NCBI GenBank assembly: GCA_963783905.1
Contig: CAWAPG010000007.1
Coordinates: forward strand, 5,281 to 69,280
Origin: an uncultured delta proteobacterium
GTDB taxonomy: Bacteria; Desulfobacterota; Desulfobulbia; Desulfobulbales; BM004
Length of the DNA: 64,000 bases
Direction: 5' to 3'
Both the position numbers and the translations under genes were made by a program. The notes beneath the pieces were generated by a model. That model saw only the letters and a program-made list of their open reading frames with translations. It was not told the origin of the DNA and made no database searches. Below are positions 41,401 to 50,738 of the stretch, in pieces (position 1 is the first letter of the stretch; each line of letters opens with the position of its first letter).

Positions 41401-42681
41401 GATAACCGCTGGATGCCGCTGACCGACCCGGCGGTGCGGCTGCTGGTGCCGGCCATGAGCCGATACGCAACTCCCCTGCTGGCCGCTGCTTTCAAACGGG
41501 TGGGGATCAAGGCCGAAGTACTGCTGCCGGCCGATGAGGACGTACTCAAGCTGGGACGCGGTCATGCCTCCTGCAAGGAGTGTTTGCCTTTACAGACAAC
41601 TCTGGGTTCGCTGCTGCATTATGTCCGACAACGCAAACATAACGATGTGCTGATCTATTACATGGCCAGTTCCGACGGGCCTTGCCGACTTGGCCAGTAT
41701 CATGTTTACACCAAAAGGGTATTGGAAAAACTGCAGATCCCGGATGTTGCCATGTTCACACCCACCTCGACAAACGGGTACTGCAACCTGGGAGACAATT
41801 TCCTGCGTGCTGCCTGGCGGGCCATAGTGATCGGCGACTTGTTTGACGAGATGTGGGCTGCGGTCCTTGCAGGAGCCAGTAACCGCGAGCGTGGTTTGGC
41901 TGTTTTCCATGAAGAGTATCAAGCCATTCTGCATGTTATTGACAGGCGCTGGCCGACCATTGCCGCCCAGCTGTCTCGCAGTGCGGCCCGCTTGCGCCGC
42001 ATAGAACTGAAAAAACCATTTGCGCAGATTCCCAAAATTTCGTTGATCGGCGAAATGTATGTACGGCACGATCCGATTTCCCTGCAGAATATGATCGAAC
42101 GTCTGGCAGAAAGGGGGTTCATGGTACGCACCGCACCGGTGAGCGAATACATAAAATATGTTGATTGGCTGATCAAAAACAACATTGAGGGCGAACGTAC
42201 GAGGGGATTTGCTATAAGGGGATATGTAAAAAAATATTTAGACAATGCGATCCGCAGGAGACTTGCGCCCGCGGGCCTTTTTTTTCATAACGGCGGCGCC
42301 CCGGTGGAGCCGATCATTGCCGCGGCCCAGAAATACATTTCCCCCTATTTCAACCTGGAGTCTATCCTCACCGTAGGTTCAGCCTTCCATGATATCCTGC
42401 ACCCCTCCTGCGGCATCATCTCAATCGGGCCCTTCGGCTGCATGCCCTCCAGAGTCGCGGAGGCGGTGCTCAATGAAAAATTTACCACCACCGAAAAAAA
42501 GGCTATGCTGCATAATGGTGCCGGCACCCCCTGGTCGCCCATACTCGACCGGGAAAAGAAATTGCCCTTTCTCGCCATTGAAACCGACGGCAACCCTTTT
42601 CCGCAGCTCATTGAGGCGCGTTTGGAGGCCTTTTGCATGCAGGCTGAAAGACTCAATGAAAAGATGCTGACCTGCCAGTAA
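38410..42681 (+). CDS. Giant (1423 aa) fusion of two BadF/BadG/BcrA/BcrD-type ATPase (activase) domains and a Cys-rich HgdB/DUF2229-like domain
   Basis: ATPase 1 starts at the N-terminus (SIGICAGASTIS...NKCASGTGEFF...FCKSDCTHA). ATPase 2 follows (VILGLDVGSTTTKGVLM...EIGGQDAKY...ACSAGTGSFLEE...CAAFIGSD). The C-terminal 800 aa has conserved Cys blocks (FCYPV, CTCVLVQGEP, NFSCGPDSF, SCKECLPLQTT, GPCRLGQY, SCGIISIGPFGCMPSR). Confidence 0.85.
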   Translation: MKSIGICAGASTISMVGLERNNTDTKIVYSRFQAHDGNPKKVLRQLLGEIENIRECRIGVTGRKFRNMLNFSSISEPEAVELAANFILPADHPYRVVISAGGETTMVYHLDDDGRVNEIHTGNKCASGTGEFFLQQLGRMSITLAEVAEMQLPERPYKVSGRCSVFCKSDCTHALNKGVAKDRVVAGLSGMMSGKVLELLKKLPKDSAMLVGGCAGNQAMVRYLLDAIPDLYIPEHAFVFEALGAALWALDNDARPFLTLDDIFVSRRSGLAVLEPLAAAQKLVNYKFQERSTALEGDAVILGLDVGSTTTKGVLMRRRDKSIVAAEYLRTNGDPVGASRNVYKSLAEQLQVPVSIEGLGVTGSGRQIAGLHALTDGVINEIVAHATAAVHFDPEVDTIFEIGGQDAKYTYITNGVPSDYAMNEACSAGTGSFLEEAARESLGLDVTEIGSSALRAQEPPNFSDQCAAFIGSDIKRAVQENVALEDIVAGLVYSIGMNYNNRVKGNRPVGKKVFVQGGVCYNKAVPAALAALTGKNVIVPSEAGLMGAFGVALEVERRMEQGLLQSQQYDLRELMERRVEYGESFQCGGGKECDRGCEISRIRINGKVYPFGGICNRYDNLIHNRKVKTVDHDLVIKRERRVFRDLAPADPTDIRPTVGMNRSLLLNTYFPFFNCFFAELGFRLTLPDRQDPRGVDQQGSAFCYPVEIAHNYAAALLAEKPDFIFLPQVRSLPVNEPDKLACTCVLVQGEPYYLRTAFPPFATNDNVITGVLTFSSDHSKDRQAFRHIAMQLGADPAKMDAALQAAAAEQKKFTDDIREIGRQGLAAITRDPEKFGVVLFGRPYNSFTAVANKGIPAKFASRDITIIPFDMLPFWNEKLAPDNNMYWAMGQLILKGARYVEKHPQLYGAYITNFSCGPDSFIVSFFRDIMGRKPSLTLELDSHTADAGLETRIEAFLDIVRYYREIQKNRPRTYFPGKDFRPAVIAEQNGTTGVRTSDNRWMPLTDPAVRLLVPAMSRYATPLLAAAFKRVGIKAEVLLPADEDVLKLGRGHASCKECLPLQTTLGSLLHYVRQRKHNDVLIYYMASSDGPCRLGQYHVYTKRVLEKLQIPDVAMFTPTSTNGYCNLGDNFLRAAWRAIVIGDLFDEMWAAVLAGASNRERGLAVFHEEYQAILHVIDRRWPTIAAQLSRSAARLRRIELKKPFAQIPKISLIGEMYVRHDPISLQNMIERLAERGFMVRTAPVSEYIKYVDWLIKNNIEGERTRGFAIRGYVKKYLDNAIRRRLAPAGLFFHNGGAPVEPIIAAAQKYISPYFNLESILTVGSAFHDILHPSCGIISIGPFGCMPSRVAEAVLNEKFTTTEKKAMLHNGAGTPWSPILDREKKLPFLAIETDGNPFPQLIEARLEAFCMQAERLNEKMLTCQ

Positions 42682-42772
42682 GGATAATGCAATGATATCT
42701 GTTTGCCGGTGTTGATGCTGCTTAACATAATAATTTTCAAAAAAATAATTAATGAAACCAGGAGGAAAAGAT

Positions 42773-43381
42773 ATGGGACGCAAATTGATCATCAGCAGCG
42801 TATTGGTACTTTTTTGCATGTCATTGTTAACAAGTTGTGCAACAATTCCCGAGGAGCACAAAGGGGCGGCAACCGGTGCCGGTATTGGAGCGGCCACAGG
42901 AGCTGTCGCCGGAGCAATACTTGGAGATGATACGAAAAGCGCGGTTCTCGGTGCCCTGGCCGGTGCCCTTGTAGGCGGCGCCATCGGTCATTATGCCTAT
43001 GACCAGAAGCGCAGCCGGGAAGAAACCCTGCAAACATACAACTACAAACCAAACTATGGAACCGTGCTCACCCTGGAAGATGTATCTTCTGTCCCCACGG
43101 CTGTTTACCCGGGTGAGACCGTGGAGCTCAAAATGACCTATGCGATTCTGAATCCATCGCCCGATGTCCGGACAGCCATCAAAGAAACCAGGGTAATTAC
43201 CCATAACGGTAATCTGGTCGGCAATCCGGAAGTTCAGGTAACCCGTACCGACGGCACCTATACTTCCACAATCCCACTGCATCTTCCCGCTGATGCTGAA
43301 AAAGGCACCTATGTTGTCAGAAGTGAAATCCAGAGCAGTAATGCCAAGGATTCAAGGGAATTTACCTTTACCGTGATCTGA
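42773..43381 (+). CDS. Lipoprotein with N-terminal glycine-zipper segment
   Basis: AGGAGG RBS 6 nt before the ATG at 42773. Lipobox LLTSCAT. Glycine zipper GAATGAGIGAATGAVAGAILG...GALAGALVGGAIG. Beta-rich C-terminal domain. Confidence 0.65.
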   Translation: MGRKLIISSVLVLFCMSLLTSCATIPEEHKGAATGAGIGAATGAVAGAILGDDTKSAVLGALAGALVGGAIGHYAYDQKRSREETLQTYNYKPNYGTVLTLEDVSSVPTAVYPGETVELKMTYAILNPSPDVRTAIKETRVITHNGNLVGNPEVQVTRTDGTYTSTIPLHLPADAEKGTYVVRSEIQSSNAKDSREFTFTVI

Positions 43382-43616
43382 TATAATTCTGGAGGAGATA
43401 TCCCGGTTTACTGGAGAAGGAAAGATCGATCGGCCAAGTATTCTGTTATCCGGAAATATTAAAACCGTTGACCAGCAAATATTTCTACCTGCCGGTGCGG
43501 ATAGCAATATTTTTTTAGTGCATTTTCCCTATAATCAGTGCGGCTCATCTTTGAAATCGTCCATTTTTATTGACACCCCGCCGGAAGATAATTACCTGTT
43601 TTCCACGGCGGGTTTA

Positions 43617-43648
43617 GAGCGGTCCTTGCAGGTCCGCTCCATTTTTTT
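43617..43648 (+). terminator. Rho-independent terminator after the activase/lipoprotein pair
   Basis: GAGCGG-N11-CCGCTC hairpin followed by CATTTTTTT. Confidence 0.5.
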
Positions 43649-43754
43649 GCACCAGCCCGACAACTATCTTTTTTGTAAGCCTCATCACCAGGGGGCAAAA
43701 CAACAGTTCGCCGTAATTTGAAATGGTATATTTACAGCTTTCCCGGATGACCAT

Positions 43755-44885
43755 ATGACAAAACGTATTATTATCATTGTCCTGTTTTTGCTCCTTGTGG
43801 TCGGTGTTATTGCCGGCATCAAATATCTGCAGATACGCACCTTGATCGATCAGGGCGGCGGTGCTGCCCAACCCCCGGCAACGGTCACCAGCGCCGTGGC
43901 GGAAAACCAGAAATGGGAAAAGACCTTCAGGACAGTGGGTTCCCTTGAAGCGGTCCAGGGAGTCATGGTGGCACCAGAACTATCGGGTAAAGTAACAAAA
44001 ATAGCCTTTAACGCAGGGGACATGGTCGAAGCCGGCGACCTGCTGGTGCAGCTGGACATCAATACGGAGAAGGCTCAGCTGCGGGCGGCTGAGGCATCGG
44101 CGTCTCTGGCCCAGATGAATCTGCAGAGGACTTCCGAGGTCCTTGCCGATAACGGGGTCTCCCGCTCCGAATATGACAAGGCCGAAGCCTCCTACAAGGA
44201 AGCCGCGGCCCAGGTCGATACCATAAAGGCCGCCATTGCCAAAAAAACGATCAGGGCGCCGTTTGCCGGGCGCCTCGGCATCCGGCTGGTAAATCTGGGG
44301 CAGATCATCAGCGAAGGCGAATCCATTGTATCCCTGCAGAGCCTTGATCCTCTCTTCGTCAATTTTCAACTGCCGCAGCAGCAGCTGAACCGTGTCAAAG
44401 TAGACTATCCGGTGCGGCTGACCTCCAATGCCGTACCCGACGGAATAATGACCGGCACCATCACCACCATCAGTCCCGAGATTGACAGCGTTACCAGGAA
44501 CTTCCACCTCCAGGCCACGGTGGAGAACAGCCAGGAAGTTCTGCGCCCGGGCATGTTTGTCGAGGCCGCCGTTGTGCTGCCCGATGAGGAGGAAATCCTG
44601 GCCATACCTTCCACGGCCATTCTCTATGCGCCTTACAGCGACTCGGTTTTCGTCATCGAAGAAAGCAAGGCGAAAGAGGGGGAAAAAGCGGGCAAGGTTC
44701 TGCGCCAGCAGTTTGTCCGGCTCGGGGAGAGACGCGGTGATTATGTGGCGGTGACCTCCGGGCTTAAGGAAGGTGAAACCGTGGTCAGCACCGGGGTTTT
44801 TAAATTTCGCAACGGCCAGTCAGCCGTGATCGACAACAGCTTGAACCCTGAATTTAAACTGGAGCCACATCCCGTTAACAAATGA
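43755..44885 (+). CDS. RND efflux periplasmic adaptor (membrane fusion protein)
   Basis: N-terminal TM anchor, coiled-coil hairpin (QLRAAEASASLAQMNLQR...YKEAAAQVDTIKAAIAKKTIRAPFAGRLG). 4-nt overlap with the permease gene. Confidence 0.85.
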   Translation: MTKRIIIIVLFLLLVVGVIAGIKYLQIRTLIDQGGGAAQPPATVTSAVAENQKWEKTFRTVGSLEAVQGVMVAPELSGKVTKIAFNAGDMVEAGDLLVQLDINTEKAQLRAAEASASLAQMNLQRTSEVLADNGVSRSEYDKAEASYKEAAAQVDTIKAAIAKKTIRAPFAGRLGIRLVNLGQIISEGESIVSLQSLDPLFVNFQLPQQQLNRVKVDYPVRLTSNAVPDGIMTGTITTISPEIDSVTRNFHLQATVENSQEVLRPGMFVEAAVVLPDEEEILAIPSTAILYAPYSDSVFVIEESKAKEGEKAGKVLRQQFVRLGERRGDYVAVTSGLKEGETVVSTGVFKFRNGQSAVIDNSLNPEFKLEPHPVNK

Positions 44886-47800
44886 AATTTACCGACCTCT
44901 TCATCCGCCGGCCGGTCCTGGCCATGGTGGTCAGTCTGGTCATCATCATCGCCGGGCTGCAGGCCATCCGCTCCCTCAATGTCCGCCAGTATCCCCGCAG
45001 CGAGAATGCGACGGTGACGGTCACCACCGTCTATGTCGGCGCCAGCGCCGACCTGGTGCGCGGCTTTATCACCACCCCCCTGGAACGGGCCATCGCCGCG
45101 GCCGACGGCATCGACTACATCGAATCGCAGAGCACCCTGGGGCTCTCCACCATCAATGTCCGCCTGAAACTCAACTACGACGCGACCAAGGCCCTGGCCG
45201 AGATCAGCTCCAAGGTGGACCAGGTGCGCAACGATCTGCCGCCGGAGGCCGAGGTGCCGATCATCAACATCGAGTCGGCGGACAGCCGGTTCGCCTCGGC
45301 CTATCTCAGCTTCACCTCCGATATTCTCAAACAGAACGAGATCACCGATTATCTGGTCCGCGTCGTCCAGCCCCGGCTTTCCGCCCTGGCCGGCGTGCAG
45401 CGGGCCGATATCCTCGGGGCCCGCACCTTTGCCATGCGCATCTGGCTCAAACCCGAACGGATGGCCGCCTATCAACATCAGTCCGGTCGCAGGTGCGCCA
45501 GGCCCTGGCCGCCAACAACTTTCTTTCCGCCGTCGGCCAGACCAAGGGGGCGCTGATCCAGGTCAACCTCACCGCCAACACCGACCTGCGTTCGGTGCGG
45601 GAATTCAAGCAGCTGGTCATCCGGGAACAGGACGGCGCCATCGTCCGGCTCGGAGGATATCGCCGAGGTGGTCCTGGGGGCCGAGGATTATAACACCGAG
45701 GTCCATTTTTCCGGTCAGACCGCGGTATTCATGGGTATCTGGCCGCTGCCCAACGCCAACTCCCTGGATGTCATCAGCCGGGTGCGGACCGAGATGGCAT
45801 CCATCCAGAAGGAGCTGCCCACCGGCATGCAGGCCCGGGTCGCCTACGACGCCACCGATTATATCAAGAATGCCATCCACGAGGTGCTCAAGACCCTGGG
45901 CGACACCCTGCTCATCGTCGTGGTCATCATCTTTCTCTTTCTCGGCTCCTTCCGCTCGGTGTTCATCCCGGTGGTGGCCATTCCCATGTCGCTGATCGGC
46001 GCCGTCTTTCTGATGCAGGTCTTCGGCTTCACCATCAACCTGCTGACCCTGCTGGCCATCGTCCTTTCCGTCGGGCTGGTGGTGGATGACGCCATCGTCG
46101 TGGTGGAGAACGTCGAGCGGCATCTGCGGCTCGGCGAATCGCCGCTCGATGCAGCTCTGCTGGGCGCCCGCGAACTGGTCGGTCCGATCATCGCCATGAC
46201 CATCACCCTGGCCGCGGTCTATGCCCCCATCGGGCTGCAGGGCGGGCTCACCGGCTCGCTTTTCCGCGAATTCGCCTTTACCCTGGCCGGCGCCGTGACC
46301 ATTTCCGGGGTGGTGGCCCTGACCCTGTCGCCGATGATGTCCGCCAACCTGCTGAAGCCGGGGCCTGGCGGAACACGGCCTGGCCGGCAGAATCTCCCGG
46401 GATTTCGACCGGTTCAGGGCGAACCTACGGCCGCTGGCTGGATTTCACCCTCCGCACCCGGCCGGCGGTCTACCTGGTCTGGATCGTGCTCAGTCTTGCG
46501 GTCATCCCCATGTTCACCATGTCGGCCAAGGAACTTGCCCCCACCGAGGACCAGGGGGTCATTTTCGGCATCGTCGATGCCGCGGCCAATTCCACCCTCG
46601 ACCAGACCAGCATCTACGCCGCGGCGGCCAACCGCGCCTTTCTCAGCGTGCCGGAGACACAGTTCACCTTCCAGGTCACCTTCCCGTCCTCCGGTTTCGG
46701 CGGCATGGTGGTCAAACCCTGGGACGAGCGGCAGCGCACCATTTTCCAGATCCTGCCCGAGGTGCAGCAGCAAACTGCACGCCATTCCCGGCATCCGGAT
46801 GTTTCCGGTAACCCCGCCGGCCCTGCCGGGCGGCGGCCAGTTTCCGGTGGAATTCGTTCTTGCCTCCACCGCCGATGAGGACCAGATCCTGGACCTGGCC
46901 AAACAGATCCAGCAGAAGGCCATGGACAGCGGCATGTTCGCCTTCCCGCCGATCATCGACGTCAAGATCGACCAGCCCCAGGCCGAGATTGATATCGACC
47001 GGGACAAGGTGGCCGATCTCGGACCTCAACCTGGAGCAGGTCGGGGGCGATCTCGGTTCCATGCTGGGCGGCAATTACGTCAACCGCTTCAACATTGCCG
47101 GCCGCAGCTACAAGGTTATCCCCCAGATCCAGCGGGTTGACCGGCTCAACCCGGATCAGCTGAAGGATATCTATGTCACCGGCCCGGCCGGTCAGCTGGT
47201 GCCGCTCAGCACCGTGGCCACCCTGCACAGAACCACCGTGCCCCGCTCGCTGAACCGCTTCCAGCAGCTCAATGCCGTCAAGATCAGCGGCGTGGCGATC
47301 CGCCCCCTGGACGAGGCCCTGCGATTTCTGGAGGACGAGGCCGCCAAGATCCTGCCCAAGGGCTATGTCATCGACTATACCGGCGAATCGCGCCAGCTGC
47401 GCAGCGAAGGCAACACGTTCCTGCCGACCTTCGCCCTGGCGGTTGTCCTGATCTTTCTGGTGCTGGCCGCCCAGTTCAACAGCTTCCGCGACCCCTTCGT
47501 CATCCTGGCCGGCTCGGTGCCGCTGGCCATGTTCGGCGCCCTGATCTTCACCTTCCTGAAGATGCCGGACCCCAATATTCCCTTCTGGACCCACGGGCTG
47601 GACCACCACCCTCAACATCTACTCCCAGGTCGGGCTGGTGACCCTGGTCGGGCTGGTCTCGAAAAACGGCATCCTGATCGTCGAGTTCGCCAACAAGCTG
47701 CAGGAAAGGGGCAAATCCAAGCTCGAGGCGGTCCGGGAGGCGGCCATGAACACGGCTGCGACCGATCCTGATGACCAGCGCCGCCACCATTGCCGGCCAT

Positions 47801-47989
47801 TTTCCCCTGACCCTGGTCACCGGCGCCGGCGCCGCGGCCAGAAATTCCATCGGTCTGGTGCTGGTCGGGGGTATGGCCATCGGCACCTTCTTCACCCTGT
47901 TCGTGGTGCCGTCGATCTATATGCTGGTGGCCCGGGAGCATACCGCCGATTCCTCCCCGGAAGGATCAGCCGCTGCTCAGGATTCTTGA
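44882..47989 (+). pseudogene. RND (AcrB/MdtB-like) efflux permease broken into about 10 in-frame segments by frame changes
   Basis: Canonical N-terminus MKFTDLFIRRPVLAMVVSLVIIIAG and C-terminus PILMTSAATIAGHFPL...VVPSIYML. Colinear RND sequence can be followed only by hopping frames near 45470, 45490, 45651, 46368, 46428, 46775, 47022, 47596 and 47752. Confidence 0.8.
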
Positions 47990-48054
47990 GAAAAAGCGGT
48001 AATAACCACCCTCTCTCCAACACCGGAACATCAGAACATTGGCAGACCGCATTA

Positions 48055-49140
48055 CTACAGTTCAAGCTCCCTTTTTCCGGCCTCTGCATAGATCCGGATC
48101 GTTTTAGGAACAAATAAGTTGTTTTCAGGTTTGTTGGAGTCATAATCGACATTTATGCCGCCGATATAAAAAGATCGACTGCCGCTTTCCAGGAGAAGCG
48201 AATCAAATATATCGGCCCCCAGTCCAAGAAGCTTTTCAGCGGCGACGGCCATGGGATGGGCACCGGCAGCTATCTCGTCAAGATAGGGGGCAAGGGCCCT
48301 TTCCGTTTCCCTCATTTCAAAATCCTTGAAGTCCGGCGGTTTCCTGCCGTTGCCCCGTTCACCATGCCTTTTCAGGATCGCCGCCACCAGGCCGCAGGAA
48401 GAACTGGGCTGCCGCATGCCGTATCTGTCCGTCAGGCCCAGGGTATATTGCGAGTCGCAGCCGACATGGGTGGCGTGGAATACTACGGTCCAGGGGTTGC
48501 CGCGCAGTTCGGGAACGTGATGGGAGGGCGGCCCCAGGCTTTCAATACCCCGCCCCGCCGGGTATGCCCCGAATGCATTGAGGTCAAACCAGCCGCAGCT
48601 TCTGCCGCACCCCATAAGCAGGAACCCCAGTTGGTCCTGATTGTCGTCCCGGCAAAAACATTTTATTCCCAGGGCATTCTCGCCAAGGCGTATACCTTCA
48701 TTGTCAAGATGCTTCTTTAATATCGGGACAAACTCTCCGTATGAATAAAGAAAATCACGATTTTTCTTTACCGCAAAGGCCGACCTGATCTTTTCCATCA
48801 GACTGTTTATATCCGTCGGCTTGCCGAGAAAATCAACCGCACCCAGCCGGGCGGCTTCGTTTATGGTGGATTCGGTGCCGTAACCGCTGAGGACAATGGT
48901 CTGAATATCGGGATAGTTTTTTTTGACCTGCCGCAAGACCTCCATGCCGTCCATCCCCGGCATCTTGAGGTCAAGAATCATGACATCCGGTGCATTTTTC
49001 TCTATAAGCTCCAGGGCCTTTTTGCCGCCAAACGCAGTCTCGGCGGCGACACCCCGGGAGTCAAGCCGTTCGGATAATGCCCGGGCAAAGGTTTCTTCAT
49101 CATCAACCAGCAGCACCTTAATTTTTCTGTTGTCCGCCAT
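48055..49140 (-). CDS. Response regulator: canonical receiver domain fused to a ~240-aa Cys/His-rich domain of unknown function
   Basis: Receiver: VLLVDDE...ILDLKMPGMDG...VLSGYG...FLGKP. C-terminal part: IKCFCRDD, GCGRSCGWF, FHATHVGCDS, SSSCGLVAAILKRH. Start set at MADNRKIK (49140). Confidence 0.75.
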   Translation of the reverse strand: MADNRKIKVLLVDDEETFARALSERLDSRGVAAETAFGGKKALELIEKNAPDVMILDLKMPGMDGMEVLRQVKKNYPDIQTIVLSGYGTESTINEAARLGAVDFLGKPTDINSLMEKIRSAFAVKKNRDFLYSYGEFVPILKKHLDNEGIRLGENALGIKCFCRDDNQDQLGFLLMGCGRSCGWFDLNAFGAYPAGRGIESLGPPSHHVPELRGNPWTVVFHATHVGCDSQYTLGLTDRYGMRQPSSSCGLVAAILKRHGERGNGRKPPDFKDFEMRETERALAPYLDEIAAGAHPMAVAAEKLLGLGADIFDSLLLESGSRSFYIGGINVDYDSNKPENNLFVPKTIRIYAEAGKRELEL

Positions 49141-49202
49141 GCCGATCTCCCGCATCCTGCGACACCTGTTTCATGCCGGTGCAATTACTCTGTCATCATC
49201 CT

Positions 49203-50693
49203 TCAGGACACCGGAATATATACCTGCATCCCCATTATAGGCCAGATAAACTGTACAGCCAGCCAGGTGACCACCATGAGCAGAATGCTGGCCGGAATGC
49301 CGTAGAAAAAGAATTCACCCGGGGTGAACTGTTTTGAGGTATAGGCAATGGCATTGGGCGCCGCACCCACCAGGAGCAGAAAGGGCATACCGGCCACAAT
49401 CAGGGCTGAAAATACGATTACCTCGCCGGCCACCCCGAGATACGGCGCTATGACCAGGGCCACCGGCAGGGAGATGGCGATGGCCGCCACGTTCATGATG
49501 AAATTCGTCATAATCATAACGAAAAATGCCATACCGAGGATGAAGACGATGGCCGGAGCGTTCTTGAACATGGTGAGCCAGTTGATGGCCATCCACTTGG
49601 CCGCTCCGGTTTCCCACAGACAGAAACCGATGGACATGGCGCCGGCAAAAAGCAGAATAATATTCCATGGCATTTCTTCCAGGTCGTCAATATCGAGAAT
49701 GTTGACCGCAAAGAACAGAATGGTTGAACAGAGAAGAATCCCTGTTTTGTGAAGGTTTGTCATGGCGGGAATAAACGATTTGCCGGAAATGACGATGATT
49801 GTCGCGATAACTATGATTATTGCCAGAATCTCCTTGCCCGACCAGGCTCCAAGTTCCCGGTACATTCTTTTGGCCTTTTCCTTGAGCCCGGGGATGGACA
49901 CCTTTTCAGGTCTGCAGGTAAACATGAAAAATCCCCAGAGAAGAAAAGTCATGCCCCAGCCGATGGGCGCCATATAGTAAGAAAGCTCGAAAAAGCTTAT
50001 ATCAGTGCCGGTAATATCCTTGTAAAATCCGAGGGCCACGGCGCCGCGGGCCGCACCGAGCAGGGTTATGATGCTGCCGGCGCCTGCAACATAGGCCATG
50101 CCGATAAAAAGTCCCTTGCCGAATTTTGTCGGTCCTGTCTGGTCCGTATACATTGAATAAATGGCCATCAGCAGTGGAAACATGGTGGCCGCAACCGCCG
50201 TATGGGCCATTATATGGGTCAGGGCGGTCGTAAGCACGAAACTGCCCAGGTAAATCATGCTCGTTTTTTCACCAACAATGGAGAGCATTTTATAGGCGAT
50301 TCTTTTCGTCAGCCCGGTCTTGGTGAAAACCATGCCGATCACAATGGAGCCGAAAATAAAAAGAACCGATGGATCCATGAAATCCGTGAAGGCAACCTTG
50401 GCAGGCCGGATGAAAAATAAGGCCTGCAGGGTACCGATTGTCAAACTGGTTACCCCGATGGGCACAACCTCAAATACCCACCATATTGCGGCGATAAGAA
50501 AAACGGCAATGGCCCCTTTTCCTTCTTTGGTGAGAATAAACTGCTCCCCAAGGGGATCGACCGCAGCAGGCCACATGGGTGAATAATAGACCCCCAGAAA
50601 CGTGATCACGCCTGCCAGTAAAAAGAATATTCTTTTCCAATTAATGGGCCTTCTTTCCGTTGCCAACCTTACTTCCGGATTTGCATTAGACAT
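49203..50693 (-). CDS. SLC13/DASS-family anion permease (ArsB/NhaD superfamily)
   Basis: 496 aa polytopic protein with the two-fold DASS layout. Confidence 0.7.
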   Translation of the reverse strand: MSNANPEVRLATERRPINWKRIFFLLAGVITFLGVYYSPMWPAAVDPLGEQFILTKEGKGAIAVFLIAAIWWVFEVVPIGVTSLTIGTLQALFFIRPAKVAFTDFMDPSVLFIFGSIVIGMVFTKTGLTKRIAYKMLSIVGEKTSMIYLGSFVLTTALTHIMAHTAVAATMFPLLMAIYSMYTDQTGPTKFGKGLFIGMAYVAGAGSIITLLGAARGAVALGFYKDITGTDISFFELSYYMAPIGWGMTFLLWGFFMFTCRPEKVSIPGLKEKAKRMYRELGAWSGKEILAIIIVIATIIVISGKSFIPAMTNLHKTGILLCSTILFFAVNILDIDDLEEMPWNIILLFAGAMSIGFCLWETGAAKWMAINWLTMFKNAPAIVFILGMAFFVMIMTNFIMNVAAIAISLPVALVIAPYLGVAGEVIVFSALIVAGMPFLLLVGAAPNAIAYTSKQFTPGEFFFYGIPASILLMVVTWLAVQFIWPIMGMQVYIPVS

Positions 50694-50738
50694 AGTCCCT
50701 AATCCTCATCTTTTTTTGACAGCATTTTTCTCGCCAAA

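Noticed and set aside
39394-41565. 723-aa ORF antisense to the giant activase gene. Many other long antisense or alternate-frame ORFs occur in the track (for example 680..1150, 11063..11812, 35377..36459, 35504..36439, 44741..45478, 46962..47618).
   Set aside because: They lie entirely inside strongly supported genes on the other strand or frame. They have low-complexity Arg/Gly/Pro-rich composition typical of GC-biased shadow frames, and carry no recognisable motifs.
45668-47140. 490-aa ORF that looks like an independent gene in the RND region.
   Set aside because: Only its first ~230 aa and a middle stretch are colinear with RND permeases. The rest is out-of-frame read-through (Pro/Arg/Ser-rich). 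It is a fragment of the frame-shifted permease.
36318-47989. Programmed ribosomal frameshifting as the explanation for the cytochrome and RND frame changes.
   Set aside because: No slippery heptamer plus downstream structure was seen at the junctions. Nine shifts in one gene is not compatible with known recoding.
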